Below are positions 1 through 12,896 of a DNA stretch of 64,000 nt, in pieces. The translations under genes were made by a program, and so were the position numbers. The stretch covers positions 37,014,001 through 37,078,000 of the forward strand of contig OY740792.1 in NCBI GenBank assembly GCA_963514005.1, in the 5' to 3' direction. Under the pieces are notes generated by a model. The model saw only the letters and a program-made list of their open reading frames with translations. It made no database searches and was not told where the DNA came from. The stretch's first letter is position 1. Each line of letters begins with the position of its first letter. Origin of the DNA: Raja brachyura (Eukaryota).

Positions 1-320
1 AGCCTTTCATCATTCTTTACCCTGTTCCATCCCTATCGTCTTACTTTTAAAGTGGGCATTGTCTATTAATTTCATACATTCACCCAGATTTCTCCCCGGA
101 AAAGCCCCTCATTCTCTCCGATATCCGTTTTCGTTTTGTCTCATCTCTTCTGAATTCACTCCAATCTTGTGAATCAACCTACCATGAGGGACCTTATCAA
201 AAGCCTTACTCAAATTCATGTACACAAAATCCACCGCCCTACCTTCATCAATCTCTTTTGTCACTTCCACAAAAAACACAATCAAGTTAGTGAGACACGA
301 CCTTCCATGTATAGGGTGGA

Positions 321-623
321 ACGGTGGTGCACTGGTAGAGTTGCTGCATTACAGCACCAGAGAGCCAGGTTCAATCCTGACTAAGGGTGCTGCTAGATGG
401 AGTTTGTACCTTCTTCCCGTGACTGCGTGGGCTTTCCCTGGGTGCTCCGGTTTCTTCCCACTCTCCAAAAAACTTACTGGTTTGTAGGTTAATTGTCTTT
501 GGTAAAAATTGTAAAGTGTCCATAGTGTGTGGGATAGTGTTAGTGCATGTGGTTTGTTGGTCGTCATGGACTCGATGGGGCGAAGGGCCTGTTTCTGCAT
601 TGTATCTCTAAACTAAACTAAAC
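321..623 (+). repeat. tRNA-derived V-SINE (HE1-like)
   Basis: A/B-box head, V-domain gggtgctccggtttc, CR1-like tail, (taaac)n. Confidence 0.85.
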
Positions 624-1102
624 AAAGCAGTGCTGGCTATCCCTAATTAGTCCATTCTGTTCCTACTTCTTTATTGCATTCATTTTTCTGATTGTTCATT
701 GTCTGAACCTATCTAAGCATTGTTTGAGCTTGCCTTTGGCTCATTCAGCATGTAGGACACACCTTATGGTGCAGGTTTCTTCAGATGCTGAATAGGAGTT
801 GCCACAGTTGGTGGAATAACTCCCTGTCTCATGATAGCCTGCTTGGAGCTAAGAACAGTACAGCACAGGAACAGGCCCTTCTGCCCACAATGACTGTGCT
901 AAACATGATGCCAAGACCACATTTATCTCACCCATATCTAAAGCCAACTCTACCAGACCACCATTGCAACTGTCAATATACATTTAAGGCAGGCACACTT
1001 TATTTAAACAAAATTTAAAAGCATCATATTGCACTTTACAGAGAAGAAAACAGGCCAAGATACACACAGCAAACTAACTGGCAAATCAATAAATTAAATT
1101 TG

Positions 1103-1412
1103 GGGTCGCACGGTGGTGCAGAGGTAGAGTTGTTGCTTTACAGCGCCAGAGACCTGGGTTCAATCCTGATTATAGGTGCTATCTAAACGGAGTTTACCTT
1201 CTCCCTGTGACTGCGTGGGTTTTCTCTGGGTGCTCTGGTTTTCTCCCACACTCCAAAGACAAACAGGTTTGTAGGTTAATTGGCTTCGGTAAAAATGATC
1301 CCTATAGTGAGTGTGTAGGATAGTGCCTGTGTATGGGAATGGCTGGTCGGCGAGGACTTGGTGGACCAAAGGGCTTGATTCCACGCTGTATCTCTGAACT
1401 AAACTAAACTAA
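1103..1412 (+). repeat. V-SINE (HE1-like)
   Basis: Same family as 321-623. Confidence 0.85.
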
Positions 1413-2709
1413 CGGACTGCACGATTTATTTAACTAATACTGGTGAAGGAATCTACTGTGTCTTAACTCTATAGATTTATGGTAGGTCAGCTGCAGGACA
1501 TACAACATTCAGAAAAAGGTCTTACAACAGACTCAATACCCTTATTTACATCCTTTCATAAATAACAAGCTGCCAGAAGAGGTAGTTGAGGCTGAGACTA
1601 TCCCATCGTTTAGGTGGTACTAATGTAACTGGAACATTGTACTAGTGTGGGCAAATTGGGCCGAGGGGCCTGTTTCCACACTGTATCACTCCATGACTAT
1701 GATAAATATGATGTTGGCGGCCAAGTGGCGCAGTGAGTAGAGCTGCTGCCTCACAGCGGGTTTGAACCTGACCTCGGGTGCTATATATGTGCAGTTTGCA
1801 CATTGTCCCTCTGACCTCGCGGGAACAAGTACTCGATGGTCGGCATGGACTGGGTGGGCCGAACGGCCAGTTTCTATGCTGTATCCTTAGATCAATCAAT
1901 CAGTGAATCAATCAATGATCACGAAAGCTGCTCTGGACAAGTGTGGGGAAACAAAATCAAATGTGGTAATCAGCATCTTCCAGGGATGATGGTTTTAAGA
2001 GCATTTTAAAGCTCCAACCACCACAGGAAGGATGGCTGTGGACACAAAATTTAAAAAGGAAATGGTTTGTTAGCTTTCTTAGTTTCTCTTTGAAAAGCAA
2101 TTTAGATACAAACATCTCCAGATTCAGAGCCAGTGGCTCTCTCAGCTGTTATAAAGGCAACTGAACCAGCTAGAGAGCGGTCCTGATCTACCACCGACCA
2201 CATTGGAGACCTTCTGGCTATCTTTAATCGGACTTTACTAGATCTTGCATTTAATGTTACATGTTATTCCGCCTATCCTGTACCTGTACACTGAGGACGG
2301 CGTGATTGTAATCATATATAGTCTTTCTGCTGACTGGATTGCACGCAACAGAAAAGCGTTTCTATAACTTGGTACACACGACAATAATAAACAAAACTAA
2401 CTGTGGCGACTGCCTGTGGCCACTGTTACAATGGCAGTGACATGTAAGTTGGGTGAAATCACCGCTGTAGACAAAATGTGTAGGAAGGAACTGCAGATGC
2501 TGGTTTAGACTGAAGATAGACACAAAATGCTGGAGTAGCTCGGTGGGTCAGGCAGGAATACGTGTTTTTTTGGCTTAAGACCCTTCAACCGACCCTGATG
2601 ATGGTGATGAAGTCTGATGAAGGGTCTCGACCCGAAATGTCACCTATTTCTTTTCTCTGGAGATGCTGCCTGACCTACTGAGTTACTCCAGTATTTTGTT
2701 TCTATCACG

Positions 2710-3025
2710 GACAGCAGGGTGGCACAGCAGTAGAGTTGCTGCCTTACAACGCTTGAAGCGCCGGAGACCCAGGTTTGATCTCGACTACGCATGCTGTCTG
2801 TATGGAGTTTGTACGTTCTCCCTGTAAACGCATGGGTTTTCTCCGAGATCTTCGGTTTCCAGCCACACTCCAAAGACATACAGGTTTGTGGGTAAATTGG
2901 CTTGGTATAAATGTAAGTTGTCCCTAGTGCGTGCAGGGTAGTGTTAATGTGCGAGGATCGCTGGTCGGTGCAGACTCGGTGGGCCGAAGGGCCTGTTTCT
3001 GCGCTGTATCTCTGAACTAAACTGA
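2710..3025 (+). repeat. V-SINE (HE1-like)
   Basis: Same family. Confidence 0.85.
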
Positions 3026-3674
3026 ACCTCTGGAGACGTTAATGTAAAATGCCAATTCACCCGACGTTTTGTTCCTCACCCAGTTTCTTTGCCACCTTGG
3101 CTTCTTTCTTCTCATCGACAAGTCCGAATCCAATGTTTTTGTCCTGCAGGACCTGAGCTGCCATCTGTCTCCAGATATAAAATCAAGAAAAGTAAGAGGA
3201 ATATGTTGGTGGGAATATTTGAATGTTATATTCTGCACATCTCTGCTATACCAGACTGAGAAAGGCACGCAGCCTTTGAAGTTCCAGTGCTTCACTTTGC
3301 CTTCTACACGTTTAACTATTTACACCACTCAAGCAGAGAACCTTTTTAACCAAATCAAAGCACAAAGTGCTGGAGGAACTCAGCAGGTCAGGCAGCATTT
3401 GTGGAGGGATGGACTGGTGACATTTCGACTTGGGATCCTTCTCCAGTCTGTCTATCGTTCCCTCCACAGATGCTGCCTGACCCGCTGAGTTCCTCCAGCA
3501 TTTGGTATTTTGTTCAAGGTTTTAGCATCTCCAGCCTCTTGCTTTTGAACACTTTGCATCATCTTTGCTGTGAGTCTCCGGGTAATGTACATTTTTTGCA
3601 ACCATCCACCCTCCTTCCTCTTCCCTTCCACCACTTCCCCCCATCACCTATTTGGAAAGCACACATGTCCTCAC

Positions 3675-3914
3675 CTCCAGCACCAGCTCGGCACGGTCAA
3701 AGCGCTTCTGGGCAACTTTATCTCCTGCAGATACCGCCTGATGGTACATGAGGCACAGGATGTCGTACTTTTGCAAAAGCTTCTGGTAGTTTTTCATGTC
3801 GACGATGCCAACTCTGTCTTTTCCATCATACCTGGGGAAGTGGAGACCATCTTCCGCCCTACCACAGAAGCAGGCCAGGGAGAAGACGGCCAGGCATAGC
3901 CAAGTGCCCTTCAT
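3675..3914 (-). CDS. CASQ2: Calsequestrin (CASQ2-like), first coding exon; gene continues beyond the left edge
   Basis: Signal peptide followed by RAEDGLHFPRYDGKDRV...KYDILCLMYHQAVSAGDKVAQKRF..ELVLE. Closer to CASQ2 (RAEEGLNFPTYDGKDRV...DKVTQKQF) than to CASQ1. 80 codons, phase-0 GTGAG donor at 3674. Confidence 0.88.
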
Positions 3915-4119
3915 TGGGAAAGTTAAACTTATATACTATTCACAGAGCAAAACAAACAACAAAAGAGGTAGGGATAACCAAAAAAATATCCTCGCCTTTC
4001 CCTTCCAGTTCTGCTTACAGTCCCTGATCAGAGAAACAGGGAGAGAGAAAGAGGGGCATGTTACGATAACGTATGAAGGAAGAACAGATAAGAGGCAGGG
4101 TGTGAATGCACACATACCA

Positions 4120-4180
4120 CCTCCTCCTATTTAAATCTCCATTTTAAGTAACAGTTGTTTCCAGCTATAAATACATGGCA
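4120..4180 (-). promoter_or_regulatory. Putative muscle-type proximal promoter of CASQ2
   Basis: About 210-260 bp upstream of the ATG: TATA/MEF2-like ctatttaaat (~4127), E-box cagttg (4152), MEF2-like ctataaatac (4165-4174). Confidence 0.4.
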
Positions 4181-5174
4181 CTAAAAGAGCAAAGGCAGGA
4201 GCCCAGAGGAGATTTGCTATCTTCTCTCTGATGGTCTCTTTTTTTTGGCAGAGGGGAGGACTGACCTTTCGGATGTCGAGACCATGCATCAGGCTGACAT
4301 TATCATTACCTCCCCCCTTCTCCCATAACAACTGTCGCCGGCCGCTGATTATGTTTCCATTTTGTCACGTTGAGAGGTCAAGGAATGAGGAGGGAATTCT
4401 TTGCGTGCGAGGGGGAGGGGTTTTATGATTGCACTGTTCTACTTTATATAGACTATCCTCTGGAGATCAAGCTGGAGGGTTCATTGTCGGATCAGCCACA
4501 CACTATCTGCCTGTCCTTTTTATTCACTGCTGCAAAACACACATGAAACTATGGAGTAAAAAATCTAATTGCACTCTTTTCCTGAGAATGCAGAAAATTA
4601 ATTTAATTCAATGCAATGATTTACAAAAGAAATATTACATATTTCAACTGTGTTTTTTTTAATCTTGTTCTTTAGTTTTTAGCTTTAGTTTTAGAGATAC
4701 ATCCATGGAAACAGGCCCTCTGGCCAACTGAGTCAATGGCCAATGTCCTATCCCCAGGATGACGGAAGTCAAATTCTCTTGCAGTGATCTGAAACAAGCA
4801 TTTCACTAGGATAGTTGTCGTCAGACAGCAGTCTGAAGAAGGGTCTCGACCCGAAACGTCGCCTATCTCCTTCGCTCCTTAGATGCTGCTGCACCAGCTG
4901 AGTTTCTCCAGCCGTTTGTGTAACCCTCGATTCTCCAGCATCTGCAGTTCCTGCTTCAAAACTAGTTGTCATCCCAGCTGCCTCTGAAGTGGTAGTTGCA
5001 AGAATGAAGGGATTGGAATTTAAAGTTTAATTTTAGAGATACACCATGGAAACAGACCCTTCTGCCACGCTAACCATTGATCACCCGTTCACACTCGTTC
5101 TATATTATCCCACTTTCTCATCCACACTCCACACACTAGGGGCAATTTACAGAGGCCAATTGACCTACAAACCC

Positions 5175-5606
5175 GGGAGAGGAGGGCAGTGGGGGAGGTG
5201 AGGAGGGAGGGTGGGGGGGGGGGATAGGGGGAGGTGGGGGATAGGAAGGGGGTAGGGAGGAGAGAGGGGTTATGGAGGGAGGGAGTGACTGAGGGTAGGG
5301 GAAAGGAGTGGGAGGAAGAGGTAAGGGAGGGAGTGGAGAGGAGGAGAGGAGGAGAGGGGAAAGAAAAGGGAGGGTCAAGAGGGGGGGAGGGAGTGCTGGG
5401 GATGAGGGGGAATGGAGGAGGAGGGATGGCGAGGCGCAGTTGGGGAGGGTTGGCGCCACTCGCGTCACAACGGGGATTTCTGTCGTCACAACGGGAACCT
5501 TCAGCCATGCCTACGCAGTCGGGGGCTATGGATGAGTGGTGGAATATTGTGTTCGGGGACCAGCCCCCCCGTGTGACAGGGACCCAACGGGTCCCACTTG
5601 GGCTAG
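5175..5606 (+). mobile_element. Helitron 3' portion
   Basis: Hairpin gggaccc-aac-gggtccc (5579-5595) then CTAG|T, the same terminus as the element ending at 22649. Confidence 0.65.
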
Positions 5607-6239
5607 TATATATATATATACTTTTGGGACATATGACAATAAAACACACTAATGTGTTGCAGTGTTTAATAACCTGAAGGTTCTATGGAAAAGCCTGGGC
5701 CCCTAGCGCCGTAAAGCATCAACTCTACCACTACTCCACTGTGCTGCCCTCTCTTGAATTTGTGTTGCAAGGAAACAAGTACGAAAGTTGTTAACAATGT
5801 ATGCTTTAATTTGTTTTGTTTGACGCACATAGTTAACTTATTGATCATTAGAGGAAGCCTATTCGCAATGCACATGGAGAAAGGCACCTCACTACATTGT
5901 CAGGAGGTCTATAAATAACTAGCAGGCTGACCGGTATAAACCATCGCCTGTCCCAATGTGAGGGTCTACAGCAGGTGGTTTGACCAACACACAGAACAGC
6001 AGGGCAGGGTTGTTGAAAGCTGAGGAACAGCGCCATCCTGTGAGCTGGACCTTCGACACTCGGGACGACTATGCCAGGAGTACAACAGACTTTTGTTCAG
6101 ATTCAGAGCAGCACCATATTTTCACAGGATGTGCAAGTAATATTATTCTTTGCACCAGGAACAGCAGAGGCTGGTTTCCAAATAAAAAGGACACAAAGTG
6201 CTGGAGTAACTCAGCAGGGCAGGCAGCATTTCTGGAGAA

Positions 6240-7320
6240 GTGTTTAAGAAGGAACTGCAGATGCTTGAAAATCGAAGGTAGACAAAAGTGCTGGAGAATC
6301 TCAGCGGGTGCAGCAGCAGCTATGGAGCGAAGGAAATAGGCAACGTTTCGGGCTGAAACCCTTCTTCTGACTAATGGAGGCTGGGGGGGGGGGGGGGGTG
6401 GGGGCGGGTGAGGAGAAGAAAGGAAAAAGGAGGAGGAGAGGAGGAGGAGCCCGAGGGCTGAGGGAGTGCTAGGAAGGGGAGGAGACAGCAAGGGCTAAAG
6501 AAATTGGGAGAATTCAATGTTCAGGCCACCGGGATGCAGACTGCCCAAGCGGAATATGAGGTGCTGTTCCTCCAATTTCCGGTGCTGCTCACTCTGCCCA
6601 TGGAGGAGGCCCAGGACAGAGGGGTCGGATACGGAATGGGAGGGGGAGTTGAAGTGCTGAGCCACCGGGAGGTCTAGTTTGTTGATGCGGACCGAGAGGA
6701 GGTGTTTGGCGAAACAATCGCCAAGCCTTCGCTTGGTCTCACTGATGTAGATCAGCTGACATCTAGAGCAGCGGCTGCAATAGATGAGGTTGGAAGAGAT
6801 GCAGGTGAACCTCTGTCGCATCTGGAATGACTGCTTGGGTCCTTGAATGGAGTCGAGGGGGTAGGTAAAGTGTAGCATCTCTTGCGGTTGCAAGGGAAAG
6901 TGCCAGGGGAGGGGGTGGTGCGGGAGGGAAGGGAAGAATTGACAAGGGAGTTACGGAGGGAGCGGTCTTTGCGGAAAGCAGACGGGGGGGGGGGGGGGGA
7001 GATGGGAAGATGTGGCAAGTGGTGGGGTCACATTGGAGGTGGCGAAACTGACGGAGGACTATTTGTTGTATGTGATGGCTAGTGGGGTGAAAGGTGAGGA
7101 CTAGGGGGACTCTGCCCTTGTTGCGAGTGGGGGGATGGGGAGAGAGAGCAGTGCTGCAGGGTATGGAGGAGACCCTGGTGCAAGCCTCATCTATAGTGGG
7201 GGAGGGGAACCCCCGTTCCCTGAAGAATGAGGACATTTCCGATGCCCTGGTGTGGAACACCTCATCCTGGGAACCTGATGTGACGTAGACGGAGGAATTG
7301 GGAGTAGGGGATGGAGCATC
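6240..7320 (-). mobile_element. Penelope-like element (Neptune-type) 3' fragment with terminal repeat
   Basis: Frameshifted RT C-terminus, Cys linker PCNRKRC and GIY-YIG (NLIYCSRCSRCQLIYISETKRRL), followed by the terminal unit. Confidence 0.9.
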
Positions 7321-8756
7321 TCATTGCAGGTCGGAACCATTCTTCAAACTGAAGTCAGTGCCGGAAGAAGGGTCACATCCCGAAACCTTACCTACTCATG
7401 TTCTCCAGCGATCTGCCTGCAGAGTTACTCCTGTAGGGTTACACAAAAAGCTGGAGAAACTCAGCGAGTTTCTCCAGCTTTTTGTGTAACCCTCGATTCT
7501 CCAGCATCTGCAGTTCCTTCTTTAACACGAGTTACTCCTGTACTTTCCTTTTTTTGAAAAGCCAGCACTGGCAGTTCCTTAATCTACATCTGGCAAGTAC
7601 TTTAGTTAATACTAAGTTTTCGTTGGATACTTGCCATTTTAGTTTATTGTCATGTGTACTGAGGTACAGTGAAAAGCTTTTGTTGTATGCTACCAGTCAG
7701 TGGCAAGGCTATACATGATTACAATCGAGCTGTCCACAGTGTACAGATTTGTTAGAATAGAGGTTTAAAACAGTGGAACAATTGTAATGCTTGATTGCAG
7801 ATCCAATTCTGTGACCAACACTCTGAGAGTCTCCTTGAGTGGGCGCCATCTTGGAGGGGGTTGATTAGCAAATGGGTCGACAAAAGCCAGTGATGAAAAG
7901 ACAAATGGTAGTTAAAAGGAGAAAAGAGGCATGAAATGTGAAGCCAGATTGGTCCCCTTCTACCAATATCCCTTCCTCGGGCATCTTTTCGCGTTACCTT
8001 ACTACCTTTTCTTTTTTTAATCTCTGACCTTTGTCCAACCATCTGCCAATCTATATCCAAACATGGACTTCAGATGTTGGAATCTTAAGGAAAACACAAA
8101 GTGATGGAGCAACTCAACATGTCAGGGAGCATCTGTCGAGGGAAGGGACCCTCCTTCAGACTGATTGTACCGGAGGTGGAGAGGGAAGCTGAAACAGAGT
8201 GTGTAGGATAAAACTAATGTATGGGTGATCGTTGGTCGGCGAACGCAGTAGGCCCAAAGGCCTATTTCCACGCTGTTTCTCCAAATTAAACTAAACTAAA
8301 CTAAACTAAAATAAAGACAGACACAAAGCCAGCACCTACAGTTCTTTCTCATTGCATTATAAACTAAAACTGAGTTTAGTCCCCATTAAAAAAATAATTC
8401 AAAATAAACAAATACTTGCATTAGAAGTTCTATTTGCACATTAAAAAAAACCACTCATGAGTATGTTTTGTAGCAACTGGACATCTGCAGTAACATACAA
8501 AGTGTTGGAGACAAGCATCGTGCAGTTTCTTGAGTTTCTCCAGCATTTTATACTTTACTCAAGATTCCAGCATCGGCAGTTATTGTGCGTTAGTCCTGCA
8601 CTTTGAGGTATACTCAGGATTCTACTATCTGCAGTTTCTTGAATTACTCCAGCACGTTGTATTTTACTCAAGATACCAGCATCTGCAGTTCCCCGAGTTA
8701 CTCCAGCACTTTGTACTTTACTTCAAGATTCCAGCACTTGCAGTTCCTTGTGTGTA

Positions 8757-9030
8757 GAGTTCAGAGATACATCGCAGAAATAGACCCTTCAGCCAACCGA
8801 GTCCACACCAACCAGTGATAACCCTGTACACTAACATTATCCTGCATACTAGCGACAATTTTCAAACACCAATTAAGCTGCAAACCTGCACGCCTTTAGA
8901 GTGTGGGAGGAAACCGGAGCACCGGGAGAAACCCACGCGGTCACAGGGAGAACGTACAAACTCCGCGCAGACTGCACCCGTAGACAATATTAAACTTTGG
9001 CACTGTATGGCAGCAACTCTACTGCCACCC
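8757..9030 (-). repeat. V-SINE (HE1-like)
   Basis: Reverse-complement copy. Confidence 0.8.
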
Positions 9031-10364
9031 TAGTTATTCGAACACTTTGTATTTTACTCAAGATTCCAGCATCTGCAGTTCCTCGAGTTACTCCAGTACT
9101 TGGCATTTTCCTCATCAGTACTTGGCATTTTACTCATCATTCCAGCACTTGCAGTTTCTTGTGTGGACGGACCCAGTATTGGTCCTGCTATTCACCACCA
9201 TTGATAATGGACAACATTTCATTGCAGCTATTTACATATTTAAATGCCATTGAAAATGCAGACAATGCCCTTCATTGACAAATTTACATTGCATGATATT
9301 AGCATAATAAAAATGTGCTAATGATATGGGCTTTGAGTAGTACCATCACTGGCAGTTTTCCAATCTATCAACTTTTTCCCATGATGATTTGTGTAATAGG
9401 CCTGGGAAAGAAAAGCAAAGCCGCCTGTCTCTCTGCACTTTGAATATGAACAGCATTCTTTCACACTTTACAAATATAAGAACTGAACAAACAAACCATA
9501 TGAGGAATTGAAAGCTTAAAATGTTTCAAGCCTATGTCACTTCCAGTTTCACCACTCGGTTGATTTCTTAAGCCTTAGACCTGAGACTGAACGCACAAAT
9601 GACTTTTTCTCTGGTTTTATTGTTGACTGGAATATTTCTGCACAACTTACAGCTTACAGGTTGCCTGCATTTTGTAACGCCAGAGTAATTTTAACGATCT
9701 AATTCCCTGCGTGCTTAAGATGTGAAATGCCTCTTGGAGGTATTATTTTGCCACTAATGGTTCTGGCCATCTTTAATTCCATTTAACAACCCATTAGTAT
9801 GACCATCAAACTCCATTTTTGGTAACTACCCAAATACAATGCTGTCTAAAGGATCTTGATCCGAAACATCACCTATTCCTTTTCTCCAGGGATACTGCCT
9901 GAATCACTGAATTACTCCAAAATTTTGTGTCTATCTTTGGTGTAATCAGCATCTGCAGTTCCCTCCGACACAACAACCTTTTCCCCTCTCCCTATTCCCT
10001 ATCACCTACATCCCTTCCTCTGACTTCACATTTTGTGTCCATTCTGTCCTTAACTCCTTATCTTACAGCCATTTGATTTCTTCCCATCTCTGTCCTCCCA
10101 TCTGCCAATCAAAACCCGCTCGTCTCTATCCACCTTTCACTTGCCCAGATGTAGATTTAGATGTAGATGTAGAATTACTCCAGCACTTTGTGTCTATCGT
10201 TACCTATCACTCATCAGATTAATACACAAAAGAACACAAAGTGCCGGAGTAACTCAGCGGGTCAGGCAGCATCTCTGGAGAACATATCTAAGAAGGACAA
10301 ACCTGGTTTATCCTTACAATATGTTGTTCTTTCTTTAATTTAACTTTTTTTTGTTTGTTTATGG

Positions 10365-10945
10365 GAGTCTAGTTCCAGAGGCCATTGCCTCAGAATAAAA
10401 GGACGTACCTTTAAAAAGGAGATGAGGAGGAATGGTGAATCTGTGGAATTCATCGCCACAGAAGGCTGTGGTGGCCAAGTCATTGGGTATTTTTAAGTTG
10501 GAGTTTGACAGATACTTGATTAGTAAGGGTGTCAGGGGTTATGGGGAGAAGTCAGGAAAATTGGGTTGAATGGGAAAATTAGATCAGCCATGATTGAATG
10601 GGGAGCAGATGATGGGCTGAATGGCCTAATTCTGCTCCTATGACCTATGATCATATGAATTTATTCTTGCAATATATTGTTTTTTCTTTAATTTAACTTT
10701 TTTTTCATCTATTTACTACCTCTTGAGTGCTGAGTTTACAAATCTGTTTTATTTTGCAATATATTATCTTTTCTTTAATTTGAATTATTTTTTGTCCGTT
10801 TATTATCGACTGAGCAGTGACTTGTGGGATGCTGCAAGGCTCGGTGCTGGGACCCCAGTTGTTTACAATATATATTAACGATTTAGACGGGGAAATTAAA
10901 TGTAACATCTCAAAGTTTGCAGATGACACAAAACTGGGTGGCAGC
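10365..10945 (+). mobile_element. CR1 fragments (3' end at 10365-10660; RT core at 10813-10945)
   Basis: [18 protein letters not shown]...[11 protein letters not shown], plus CR1 3' UTR sequence. Confidence 0.8.
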
Positions 10946-11194
10946 TTGAGCGAGACCCTTCTTCAGACTGGAGAAGGGTCTACGACCGGAAACTTCATCC
11001 ATTCCCTCTATCCAGAGATGCTGCCTGTCCCGCTGAGTTACTCCAGCGTTTTGTATCTATCTTGGGTGTAAACCAGCATATGCAGTTCCTCCTACACATA
11101 AGGATTTAATAAGGGTCTCGACCCGAAACGTCAACTATTCCTTCGCTCCATAGATGCTGCCTCACCTGCTGAGTTTCTCCAGCATTTTTGTCTG

Positions 11195-11473
11195 CCTAAT
11201 GCCCCTGTCCCACTTAGGAAATCTGAACGGAAACCTCTGGAGACTTTGCACCCCACCCAAGGTTTTCGTGCGGTTCCCGGAGGTTTTTGTCAGGTTTTGT
11301 CAGTTTTGTCCAATTTTTCGAAATAATCGCCGGAACATGGAAGAAACGGAAACCACTTTCGACCATTAGGGAGACTGATAAAAACCTCCGGGAACCGCAA
11401 GGAAACCTTGGGTGGGGCGCAAAGTCTCCAGAGGTTTCCGTTCAGGTTTCCTACGTGGGACAGGGGCATTAGG
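11195..11473. mobile_element. MITE with ~100-bp TIRs (Harbinger-like)
   Basis: taatgcccctgtcccac...gtgggacaggggcatta with near-perfect inverted arms. Confidence 0.8.
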
Positions 11474-11519
11474 ATTGAATTGTTCCGCTCTGGGGCATGT
11501 GACAATGAAAGACTGGTTG

Positions 11520-11711
11520 AGTGTGCAGAAGGGCGCCGTCATTGTTGCAGCACAACAAATGCACGCCGTCACGTGACCGCGATAGTTGTTGCCGTTGCCC
11601 GTGGCGACCGTCGCCGGGGCAGCCGTCGCCAGGGGTGGCCGCGGGAGGCGGCGGCGGCCGTTGCGAGGAGAAGGCGGCATTCGGAGAGCAGCGGCTGGGC
11701 GCCATGTTCAG
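11520..11711 (+). promoter_or_regulatory. CCDC181: CpG-island promoter and 5' UTR exon 1 of CCDC181
   Basis: GC/CpG-rich island. Palindromic E-box gtcacgtgac at 11568-11577, X-box-like gttgcccgtggcgac at 11594-11608, CAG|GTAGGT donor at 11712. Confidence 0.7.
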
Positions 11712-12896
11712 GTAGGTGGGCGAGGAGCCTCGACCGCCCGGCACACCCCGACACCACAGGTCAAAGGGGGCGGCTGCTGGAGATCACGACACCGGGGCTG
11801 AACATCCTGGGCCTGGGCCACGGCGGCGATGCAGGAGATGGCGGCCATCGTTCAGGGTTCATCTCCCGGCAACCAGGTGCACCTCTGGGCAACTGCACCA
11901 CAGAATATAATGTTCGTGATTGCAACCTTTATTAACGCTAAATGTCACATAAAACATCCAATTTCCAACGCAATTCTTTGCAAATGTTTTAAATTGGAGC
12001 AAGAGAGCTTTTTGATTTTTTTAAAGGGCTATTTAATTATTGATAAACTCTCCCTACTTCGCTTTGACATTACTGCTTTAACTTAAGAACAGAACGACAC
12101 AGTAATACCGATTCAATTAAAAATAATTCATATGACAGCTGGTGGAAATAAGGAACCGCAGATCCTGGTTAATACACAAAAGGGCACAAGATGCTGATGT
12201 CCTTTTGTGCCATTTGGCAACTCTGTCTTTTGGATTTGATGTCTAGGCTCAATGATATCGAGAGAATGGAGGGATATGGATTACGTGAGGGTAGAAGTAA
12301 TTAGTTTATCTTGGCATCATGTTTGGCACAGACGTGCAAAAAAAAACCAAATGTAAATGCTACCAAGAAGAGGCTACCGATACTTATAAAGAACGATTTT
12401 AAATGGATGATTCTCATCTTGTGATGCTTGTGCTTTACTAATGGATGTTCATTAAGTAGTTAGAATGTGAAACCTCAGCCTGATGCTCACTGAGCAAAGA
12501 AAGTTCATTACCTGTATCTGAAATTGCTGGCAATTCACTGTTTGAAGGGCTGATGTGGAATCTTGGAGAAATACTTCTGTGAACACCAAGATCTGATGTC
12601 AATTCCTAGATTTCCTACATGTGCTTTAGTAGTCTCTTGTTGAGAGTTGATGTTGGACTTGGTGAGCCGTTGACATGACTCTCAGAGCAGGTCATTCTCT
12701 TATAGCTGTGCTCCTGAAGATGTATTGCCATTCTGCATCTAGGATAACTGCTGCTAGCAATGGCTAGTCATCCTATGTTAATGTATACTCGTGTCGTGAA
12801 ATCATGCGTATCTCTTAGCAAAAAATAACTATTAATAATGGCACTCTTAATCTCATTGTCTTTCCCCCACAATCTTAAAGGAACTGCTGAACAAAC

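Noticed and set aside
321-400. tRNA-like sequences at SINE heads
   Set aside because: They continue into the V-domain and LINE tail, so they are not tRNA genes.
5089-5677. Long Pro-rich and Gly/Glu-rich ORFs
   Set aside because: Translations of a low-complexity purine tract inside a repeat.
8512-8750. Regularly spaced repeats resembling a CRISPR array
   Set aside because: Degenerate tandem units with no unique spacers and no cas genes, in a vertebrate context.
11366-11935. Overlapping ORFs up to 175 aa
   Set aside because: Stop-poor GC-rich CpG island and MITE; no recognisable protein.
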